Part shown: positions 53,566 through 64,000 of the stretch, piece by piece
Position numbering within the stretch: the stretch's first letter is position 1
Layout of the letters: the number at the start of each line of letters is the position of its first letter
Assembly: GCF_009914755.1 (NCBI RefSeq)
Contig: NC_060929.1
Origin: the human T2T-CHM13v2.0 reference genome, Homo sapiens
Reading direction: 5' to 3' (one strand)
Length of the DNA: 64,000 nucleotides
The notes under the pieces: model-generated
The model's database searches: none
What the model was told of the DNA's origin: nothing
What the model saw: only the letters and a program-made list of their open reading frames with translations
Translations under genes and position numbers: made by a program

Positions 53566-53868
53566 GGCTGCAGGCGGTGGCTCACGCCTGTCATCCCAGC
53601 ACTTTGGAGGCTGAGGCAGGCAGATCACTTGAGGCCAGGAGTTCAAGCCAAGCCTAACCAGCATGGTGAAACCCCATCTCTACTAAAAATACAAAAGTTA
53701 GCTGGGCAGTAGTGGTACAAGCCTGTATTCCCAGCTACTCTGGAGGCTGAGACAGGAGAATCTCTTGAACCCGGGAGGCAGAGGTTGGCTGCAGTGGCCC
53801 GAGATTGTGGCACCGCACTCCAGCCTGGGTGACAGAGCGAGACTCCGTCTCAAAAAAAAAAAAAAAAA
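53566..53868 (+). mobile_element. AluSz-like
   Basis: Full dimer; TSD AAGACTTCAG. Confidence 0.95.
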
Positions 53869-56254
53869 GACTTCAGTTAGTAATAGAATGTTTTTTAAAT
53901 CAGCAAGATGATGATGTAAGTAATGGTTATTTAAATCAAATCTCAAAATACTGGAATTATGTCATCCTTGAAGAAGACAAGAGGAGATCTGGGGGTTCCA
54001 AGAGGAAGTGCCCCTTCACCTGCAAGATGGTCACCTTAGAGAAATCTCAGTGCCTGGGGTGGGTATGAACTGAAAACTCTTAGCCAAGAAGGACGGAAGA
54101 CCTTGGTATTAGGAAGGTTTAGATAAGGAAGGTTTAGATTTTGAGATTTTTAGATTTTGAGATGACATCCAAGCATGCAAGCAAAAAAAGTCTCTTTTGC
54201 TTTTATCTAAGTCATACCATGAAGCTGGCCAGGGTGATTCTCTGACTCCTGGAATGGCAGACCTGGTAAGCAGCTCTATATCCCCTTTCACACCCACCAC
54301 TACAAAGCTTAAGCCCAATTCTCTGTTCAACCGCAGCAAGTGTGGGGGGCACTGTATCCTGTATGTCTTTATTTTAGTTTATCCACCAACCTTGTCTCCA
54401 GGGTCTGATTTGCATCTTGTTTGGCTATTGTATATTTTTTTTTATTTCGTATTTCTAAATCACCTGTTCTTTCTGCAAACTGTCTCAAATCTTTATCACG
54501 CATTTCCTGCTTACTCCCTAAAGATCGTCTGCCCTTCCCACGTCTTCGCCGATCGGTCCCCACTTTCCAGCCTGCACAAGTGCCTTGGAGCCCTACCCTT
54601 TGGATGCAGCCAAAGCCATTCCTAGCAGCCCTTGAGGGTTCTAACAACACAACTGTGGAGTCAGAGGTGGGTGCTCCTTTTTCTCACCTCTCAAAAGGTA
54701 GGGAATGCAGCATCAGGAAAAACACATAGTAGGCACTATGGAAGGGATGTGGAAGGAGGGTGTGAGAAATGAACTCTGAATGAATGGAGGCTACTAAGCT
54801 GCTCTAAGTGTCTTCCTCCTCTCCACTGGGACACTTCACTGACCAGATTTCCTTCTCCTTCCCTGGAGGAAGTCCTGTCTCCTGGGATCCCAAGGCTTCA
54901 TCCAGGGACAGCTACATGTAAATCAGGAAGAGAAATCTGCTGTGGAAAAGGTCTCCATTGACCAACTGCTCCTCTGGTCTCTGCCTGTCCAGCAGACAAG
55001 GTATGTGAAAAAGTGTGTGCAGTCTGAAACTTCACACTAGCAATAGCAGTGATCAGAGTAATGACAGGGATGGGAAAAGTAATAATAACAATAACAGGCA
55101 CTCTAAATTTGAGTAGCATTTTGTAGCTTTCAGAAGTGCTTTCAAATGCATTTGCTGTTTTCTCCTATGCCTCCAGTGACCCTGTACATACCCAGATAAT
55201 TACTACTGTGGCCACATCTTTAAGTTTCTGTGATTTTATATCAAGATTCAATTGTGTAGGGAAAAGGAAACTTTTTCATCATAGAAGGAGACATTTAATT
55301 CACTTCTGACCATTCCAGGAAGGGTAGGCACCTGACTTCGTGGCAAGGATGTGGACTGATGGTGTTGTCTGGATAGTGATCAGGCCACATACTCGTTGTC
55401 CACATCTGCAGGGGCCTTCTCAGTCCACATTCCTGGTGAAAATCAACATCGTGTGACTTTACAGATTCGTGAGTGCCAGGGAATGAGCGACCCTCTGTTG
55501 CTGTCACAATCTCATTTCTTTTCCTTCTCACTGGAATTTTAATCAGTCTGAGCATCAGTTAATGATTCTTTCTTATCCATTTGATTAAAATACAAAGTCA
55601 TTGAGGCAGTAGCAAATTGCATTTTTTTTTCCTTGGCCCTTAGTGCACTGCAGTAATGAAATCCACGACTTCCCACCTCTGCCAGTGAAGAGTCAGCATG
55701 TACCGTGTGAAAGCCAGGAAGGCTCATCTGTCTCGTGAGTGATTTCCTTTCCTAAGGAAGGCCCTCCAAGGAGCCATGCATCTCTGGAACGGATCACCCA
55801 TGCTGACAGAACTGAAGATTGAACCTCTAACTAACATGACTTGTGCAGGTGACAGGGAAATTGTTTGTAATACAACTTCATTTCTTTAAAAGCAGCTACG
55901 GATTTATACTTGGGTGAAATTATATCCCACATACTAATTTAATAAACTCCTCTAAGCTTACACAGAGTCTCTTCTTGGAAAAGGATGTGTTTCTGATCCA
56001 CTGGCCAGTGCACTGAATGATTTCCCACTACAACCCAAGGGAGAGGGAGTAGTGAAGACTGAAAACTAGGCAAAGCCAATTCGTATTCTGATGAAACTTT
56101 ACAAATGCTGCTTATGACAAAACCCAGTTGTAAAAACTAAAGGGTAAGGTGAACACCCAAACCCTGCCATTAAAATAACAAAGAAAGGGGCTCCCTGCTA
56201 CCTTTGGTTAATCTTTTCCAGTGGAACCTTCTTGTCTTGTGTCTCATTACCTCA

Positions 56255-56629
<375 letters not shown>

Positions 56630-56851
56630 CTAGTGAAAGTGATTTAGAGCAGCTGCTCGCAAGTGGGCAGAAGAGCCTGTGGCACACCTTTCTGACCCTT
56701 TCTCCTTTCCAAAGAGAAAAGAAGAGAGGTGACAAAGAATTGGAGAGGAACAAACTATCAGAGTAGACTTCTTGTTAGCAACATATTTTTTAAACCATTG
56801 TTATTTACTTTATAAAAGAATAACATGCGCTCACACACCTGATTTTATATT

Positions 56852-56962
56852 GATTCATTCAACAAATTTTATTTGTTCTACTTTGTATTAGGCACTGAAG
56901 ATATATCAATAAGAGAAATGACAAAAAGTTATGTCTGCACAAGACTTTTCATTGTACTCTAA
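56852..56962 (-). mobile_element. L2 3' end
   Basis: ATTCATTCAACAAATTTTATT...TAGGCACTGAAGATATA. Confidence 0.7.
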
Positions 56963-57009
56963 AACTGTGCCCTATTACCTGAAAAATAACCCAGTAGTTG
57001 TATTACATT

Positions 57010-57353
57010 TGTGTAGTAGGTCCTTAGGATGGATAACATGCCACATCCTCCTAGCTCAACCAACTTCAGCACTGCAGTGTCGGACAGCTCCATACACCTC
57101 TGCAAGGAATTCCAAGTCAGGCAGGGGCCACTTGTCTCTCTGCATTCCAAAGCAGCAGAAGGCTGCTAAGCTACACACAAACACAACCTGAAAAATCAAT
57201 ACCCTCCGGGGCAACCCACCACATGTGGGAGATGAGAACCCATGGATAAATTCCCCAGCATCCCACTCTCTGACTCCTTCACTGGGATCACCTCTCGCAT
57301 AAACTATTTGTACCTTGCCGCAAAGTTTGCTCTGGGGAACCTAGAGCAAGGTA
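57010..57353 (+). mobile_element. LTR16-family ERVL LTR
   Basis: TGGGATCACCTCTCGCATAAACTATTTGTACC...CTCTGGGGAACCTAG 3' motif. Confidence 0.55.
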
Positions 57354-57699
57354 CAAATAGTTTATGTGGGCTTGTTAGAACCCCAGATAAGCCAAGACAA
57401 CTTGTAATAGCACAAGGATGCAATAAGTATGACACAAGTGAATTGTCACTGTAAAAGCAAATTTGGGGTGGTGGAACTGTATATAAACAAACTTCAGTGG
57501 TGTATTTGTGTGGTAGGGGTGTGAGTGAATCATAGTCAAATCATAGTTCATGCGACAATACACACTGAAGGATTAACAAAAATTATTAGAGAAACTATAT
57601 TAGTAAGTCTGAAGCTGAATCAATAGCAGTTTATCATTAAATTTCAGAAGAACAGCCAATAAAAATATAGAACAGCCTAAGAAACATGAAAGAATGCAG

Positions 57700-60188
57700 C
57701 AATATGGTTTGGCTTTGTGCCTCCACCCAAATCTCAGGTTGAATTGTAATCCCTAGTGTTGGAGGAGGGGCCTAGCGGGAGGTGATTTGATCATGGAAGC
57801 AGATCTCCCCCTTGCTGTTCTCATGATAGTGAATAAGTTCTCACAAGATCTGGTTGTTTAAAAGAGTGTAGCACCTCCCTCTTCGTTCTCTTCCTCTGAT
57901 CCAGTCATGTAAGATGTAACTCCTTCCTCTTCACCTTCCACCATGATTGAAAGGTGGCAGGCGAAGAGGAAGGAGTTACATCCTGAGGCCTCCCCAGCCA
58001 TGCTACCTCTACAACCTGTGGAACTCAGTCAATTAAAACTCTTTTCTTTATAAATTACCTAGTCTCAGGTAGTTCTTTATAGGAATGCAAGAACAGACTA
58101 ATACAGAAAATTGGTACCAAGAAGTGGGACATTGCTATAAAGTTACCTGAAAATGTGGATGCAGCTTTGGAACTGGGTAATGGGCAGAGGTTGGAACATT
58201 CTGAAGGGCTTATAAGAAGAAGATGAGGGAACATTGGGAACTTCCTAAAGACTTGTTGAATGGTTGTGACCAAAATGCTGACAGTGATATGGACAATAAA
58301 GTCCAGGCTGAGGTGGTCTCAGATGGAGATGAGGAACTTATTGGGAACTGGAATATAGGTCACTCTTGGTATGCTTTAACAAACAGACTGGCAGTGTTGT
58401 GCCCCTACTCTAGGGATCTGTGGAACTCTGAACTTGACAGCGATGATTTAGTGTAACTGGCATAAGAAATTTCTAAGCAGCAAAGCACTCAAGATGTGGC
58501 CTGGCTGCTTCTAACAGCCTAAGCTTGTACTCATGAGCAAAGAAATAATCTGAAACTGAAACTTACATTTAAAAGGGAAGCAGAGCATAAAAGTTTCCAA
58601 CAATGTGGATAAACCATGTCACTTGAATTTATTGCCAGTATTTGAATATTGATATTCAAAATCATATAGTATTACAGATTTGCAGCCTGACTACATGGTA
58701 GAAAAGAAAAACCCATTTTGGAGGAGGAATTCAAGTCATCTGCAGAAATTTGCATAAGTAAAGTGGAGCCTAATGTTAATAGCCAAGACAATGGGGAAAA
58801 TAACTGGAAGGCACTTCAGAGACCTTCACACAGCCCCTCCCATCACAGGCCCAGAGGCCTAGGAGGGAAGAATGGTTTCATGGGCCAGACCCAGGGCTCT
58901 GCTCCCCTGCACAACCTCAGGACACTGCTCCCTGCATCCCAGCTGCTCCAGCTCCAGCGGTGGCTAAAAGGGCCTCAGATATGTTTCAGAGGTGCTGCTC
59001 TGCTCCAAAGGGTGCAATCAAGAAGCCACAAAGGCTTTCACATGGCATTAAGCCTCCAGGTGTGCAGAGGGCAAGAATTGAGGCTTGGGAACCTCCACCT
59101 AGATTCCAGAGGATGTATGGAAATACCTGGTTGTCCAGCCAGAAGTCTGCTGCAGGGGCAGAGCCCTCATGGAGAACCCCTACTAGGACAGTGTGAAGGG
59201 GAAATGTGGGGTTGAAGCCCTCACACAGAGTCCCCACTGGGGTACTGCCTAGTGGAGCTGTGAAAAAAGGGCCACTGTCCTCCAGACCCCAGAATGGTAG
59301 ATTGACAGCTTGCATGTGCCCTTGGAAAAGCACAGGCACTCAACACCAGCCCATAAAAGAAGCCTTGGGTGCTGTACCCTGCAAAGCCACAGGAGCAGAG
59401 CTTCCCAAGGCCTTGAGAGCCCACCCCTTGCATCAGTGTGGCCTGGGTATAAGACATGGAGTCAAAGGAGATTATTTTGGAGCTCTGAGATTTAATGACT
59501 GCCCTGCTGGGTTTCAGACTTGCATGGGGCCTGTAGCCTCTTTGTTTTGGCCAGTTTCTCACATTTGCAATGTGAACATTTATCCAATGCCTGTACCCCC
59601 ATTTTCCATTGTATCTTGGAAGCAACTAACTTGTTTTTGATTTAAGAGGCTCATAGGCAGAAGGGTTTGCCTTGTCTCAGATGAGACTTTGGACTTGGAT
59701 TTTTGAGTTAATGCTGGAATGAGCTAAGACTTTGAGAAACTGTTGGGAAGGCATGATTGTATTTTGAAATGTAAGAAGGACATGAGATTTGGGAGGGGCC
59801 AGGGACAGAATGATGGGGTTCAGCTCTGTGAACCAACCCAAATCTCATCTTGAATTGTAATCCCCAATGTTGGAGGAAGGGCCTGGTGGGAGGTGATTGG
59901 ATTACGGGGGCAGATCTCCCTCTTGCTGTTCTCATGGTAGTAAGTTCTCATGAGAGTTGTTTGTTTAAAAGTATGTAGCACCTCCTGCTTTGCTCTTTTC
60001 TTCCTGTTACAGCCATGTAAGATGTGACTCCTTTCTTTTCACCTTCCACCATGATTGTAAGCTTCCTGAGGCCTCACCCACCATGCTTTCTGTACAGCCT
60101 GCAAAGCTGTGTGTCAATTAAACCTCTTTGCTTCATAAATTATTGTCTCAGGTAGTTCTTTATAGCCATGGGAAAACAAGCTAATACA
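57700..60188 (+). mobile_element. Full-length MSTA-type MaLR (LTR 57700-58105, internal 58106-59810, LTR 59811-60188)
   Basis: Two LTRs ending CTAATACA; internal starts GAAAATTGGTACC; PPT GGGAGGGGCCAGGGACAGAA; TSD TGCAG/AGCAG. Confidence 0.93.
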
Positions 60189-60209
60189 AGCAGCATCCAC
60201 CTTGGTTAA

Positions 60210-60605
<396 letters not shown>

Positions 60606-61562
60606 TAAAGAAACTTTAATTAGTCCTGAATAAACTAGGCAGAAGCCTCAGTATTTGGGTAAAGTCTGACATTTGATTCATATTAGGCCGTCAGAAGGAA
60701 ACTGGACACGTACCTGTATCAGTGTCATCGCTGGATCACTAAACTTGTGAGTGTTCAGCACTCACATGGTCCAGAGACTGCCATCATATCCAATCAGCAT
60801 AAAAATTCCAATAATGTGGACAAAGTATGTTACTTGGATTTATTGTCAATATCTGAATATTGATTGTCAAAATCATGTAAGTATTACAGATATGGCTTGG
60901 AGTGAAAATCTCCTAATGTTTTATGTATTAAAATTATTTTAACCAGTTGAGGTCTAAATTTGCATTTATTATCACAAAATATAATGCTGGCAGCATTAAC
61001 TTCAGTAGTAGGGCCACCCAACTACCTTCACCACGAGAACTACATTAACACCTCCTCACACTGGCCATGCTCAAACCCTACCAGTGGGAAGGGGGCAAGC
61101 ATTTTGCATTACTAGCATGCACACTAGGATGATCACAGAAGCAATCTATCATACTTACACTCCACCATCAGAAAATATAATGATCACATTTTTTAAAAAA
61201 ATTCAAGTTTATTCTTTTATTCTAGAAATTTATCCTGTGAAGGTAACATGTAGCTGATGGTTGATTTTCAGCATTTGGTATGTTGTCATTGAGTGCATCT
61301 CTGATTTAAATGACAAATTTTATTGGTCCCTAATGACTTAGTAGTGTACTAGTGAGTAGGCCTTAATCACATGAAAAAATGAGTCTACCAAGTGGCCTTC
61401 CCCTCTTTGATAATGGCAAAGAAATGTCCCATGTTTGGGGATGGATGTCCAGCTCATGTGGCTGCCTACTGTCTACCTCTGGGCCACAGACCAGAGGCCA
61501 AGCATCGTTGTGTCCAGTGCCACCCAGGAAAGGTACTCATCTGCCTTTGTTCCAAGGAGGTC

Positions 61563-61784
61563 CTTTTTCTCAACAGTGTTTAAATAGTGCACACGTTTGT
61601 ACATACCATAGAGCAGCAGTTCATATTGGCTGTAGATGTTGTGAAAACAATAGCCATTGAGTAGAGGCCAGGGATGTTGCCAAATATCCTACAATGCACA
61701 GAAGAGCACCCCCTCACACACACACTGCCACAACAGATAATTCTGACCCAAAATGTACATGGTGCCTAGATTGAGAAAACTTTG
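61563..61784 (+). mobile_element. MER20-type hAT-Charlie element
   Basis: GTAGAGGCCAGGGATGTTGCCAAATATCCTACAATGCACAG...CCCAAAATGT...TTGAGAAA. Confidence 0.8.
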
Positions 61785-62896
61785 CACAAAAATAGTATCT
61801 TGGCCTGTCCGCCTCCTGCTCATGGGACTTCAGTTCAAAGAGAACTGAAATGCAGCTTTAATAAAAGCCTTTGTCTCTGAGCCATGAGTGTTGTGGAAAC
61901 TGGGGCCAGCTGAGGTGTGTACTTGCAAGTAGGATAAAAACTCAGACCTGCATACTTCCCAACATCCCTCTACAGACAGCTGCAGCCTATTGGATCTGAT
62001 CTATTGATGTCCACAACCTGGGATACCTAGATGTGCTAAAAGAGCAACTATAGCACGACAAGGCTTCCAGCTGGGTGAGCGGGAGGAAAACAAGAAAAGA
62101 GCTTTGTGTCCAGGGTACATCCACCCAGCCAGCCTCACATATCACATTTGCTGGGGATCTGGATGGTGGCAGGGCTCTCACAGCTGAGGAGCAGTCCACA
62201 GTGCAGGAAGGAATTCTGTTACAACTCACTCCAAAGCTGATAAACAGCCAGACAAAACTGAAGCTGTAGCTGCCCTGTGTGACTGCATCAGCCTGTGGAA
62301 GCCATCAAAACAATTCAATAACTCAATGACATAGTCCTAGTTCCAATTCATCTTTCTAGCAGGCATCTGTTTCTATTATATTTGAACTGTGCAGAGGAAA
62401 TTGGATAAGGCATGCTAGCACGGGACACTGCAAGCTGCAGCAACCACATGCCCAGCAGCGGGAGCGGGAGGATAGAAGACAGGAGGAGAGAAGCCAGGTA
62501 CTGAATCTCAATCAGAAGCAGCTTAAAGGTCAGACTCTGAAATTTCCTTCAGAGCCCATCAAAGCCTACCTGTAATTTCCACAACAAAGTAACCCAAAGC
62601 CATTTCTTGGTGACCCCCAGTGTCAGGGTACTCACCCCTCATTCACAGACAGACAGCCCTCAGTGGTAGAGTAACAGCATCAATTCTTCTCCCCATCTGT
62701 TTCCACTCACTGGCTCTGCCCAGCCAGCCAAGAGTCAAAGCCTTAGGCATTGGAGCATGGATTCATGGTCAGGTTCCACTCCTTGGTTGAAATTAAGGGT
62801 AACTTAAGTTCTATGGGTGGAACTGGCTGGAGGGAAGACAATAATTTGGCAAATGACAAGTGCTCCAAGGGGACCCGTGATACATTCTATCTAGGT

Positions 62897-63068
62897 CAGG
62901 GGTGGGCAAACCATTCCCCATGGGCCAAATGTGGCCACTTCCACTCACTGACCCATCTTCTGTGGCTGCTTTCACATTTCAATAGCAGAGCTGAGTAGCT
63001 GCAACAGGACCGCATGGCTGGCAAATATTTACTCTCTGGCCCCTTCCAGGAAAAGTGGCCAGCTCCTA
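62897..63068 (+). mobile_element. MER58A hAT-Charlie element
   Basis: CAGGGGTGGGCAAAC...GGCTGCTTTCAC...AAATATTTACTCTCTGGCCC; NTCTAGNN-type flanks ATCTAGGT/CTCTAGAG. Confidence 0.87.
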
Positions 63069-64000
63069 CTCTAGAGACCAGACTTCTAAGAAAAAAGTGA
63101 ATCTTCAGGATGCAGATTTTCAGTAGCATACATGGGAGGACTTGAGAAAGAAAGGAACAGGCATGGAGATACTGAAGCCCCCTCTTCACAATGGTGAGTG
63201 ACAGCTCATAGTCTCAGGAGTAATTGGTTGATAGAGGCAGACTCTAAGGCAATGAGATAGAAGGAAGAATATTTTTGATGAAGGGGCAGATGGAGGAACC
63301 TTTCCTAGTGTAGGAGAATCCCTCAGCAGAAGAGAAGCAGCGCCCATACCTGCATGGGGTGGAAAGAAAGGAGCAGGAGCCCCCAACAGCAACTAGGAGA
63401 ACCACAGAGAAGCCAAAGAGAAGCTAAGAACTTGATCTTGTCTTGAATTTCTGTAGCATCTGAGACACTAGAGTTCAGTCCTGCATTAAGCTCAGGGTTT
63501 TCCAAACCAGTCAGTCCACACGGCCTTTCCACCTGGTAGCTGCCATTTCCATCCAGGCCCTGGAATTCATGAGGTTACCCTTTGGAGAATGCTGCATTCA
63601 ACCTACCCACTCCCTTTACAGATTGGACAAACCCCCTTGACACCGTACCTCCGTGTGAACATCACACAGCAATTCACGGAAAGCGGGCACCCATTAGCAG
63701 GATGGGAGAGGCTGGAAACCAGCCCTGGCACATTCAAGATGCCCTCCTATGGGAGGAAGAATTGCAACAGCATTTTGTGCTCTGAATGCCCAGTCTATAG
63801 GAAGATGAACAGAATGTGCACTAAATATTTAGGCATCTGAGCTGTGGTAGCTCATGGCAGGAAGCCACGCTCACCTCCCAGGACCTGATTCTGCCATAAT
63901 ACACTGTCCCAGAACCACTATAGATCACCTCACCACTGGCTGAGGAAGACAAAGACAGGAGCTGAGTGTAGATGGGCAGCAGGCTCATCCTTGTCTCCCT

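Noticed and set aside
58718-59640. 165-aa and 144-aa ORFs
   Set aside because: Chance open frames in the MaLR (MST) internal sequence.
61790-63560. Possible very old LTR remnants around MER58A (similar impression at 34880-35470)
   Set aside because: Could not assign family or boundaries with confidence.

Overview
This is primate, very likely human, non-coding genomic DNA dominated by interspersed repeats: Alu J/S/Y, L1, L2, MIR, MaLR/ERVL/ERVK LTRs and hAT/Tigger DNA transposons. There are also two minisatellites and a long (ATG)n tract. I find no credible protein-coding exon chain, RNA gene or CRISPR array; the ORF track is repeat-derived or spurious. A near full-length ancient L1MD-type element (~15.0-25.7 kb) carries several nested insertions. 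One is a 5'-truncated HMGB3 processed pseudogene, split by a THE1D LTR and fused at its 3' end to a foreign antisense-L1 segment with its own AATAAA and A33 tail, which suggests a second-generation or transduced retrocopy. A full-length MSTA element (57.7-60.2 kb) has a de novo 70-nt fold-back hairpin in one LTR only and a ~95-bp insertion copied from DNA 2.2 kb downstream. Also present are two twin-primed 5'-inverted L1s, an Alu-L1-Alu-tail composite insertion and a fossil hAT transposase. No new multi-gene system is evident; the interesting signals are retrotransposition and repair scars. Subfamily names are recalled by eye from consensus sequences and need RepeatMasker/Dfam confirmation.
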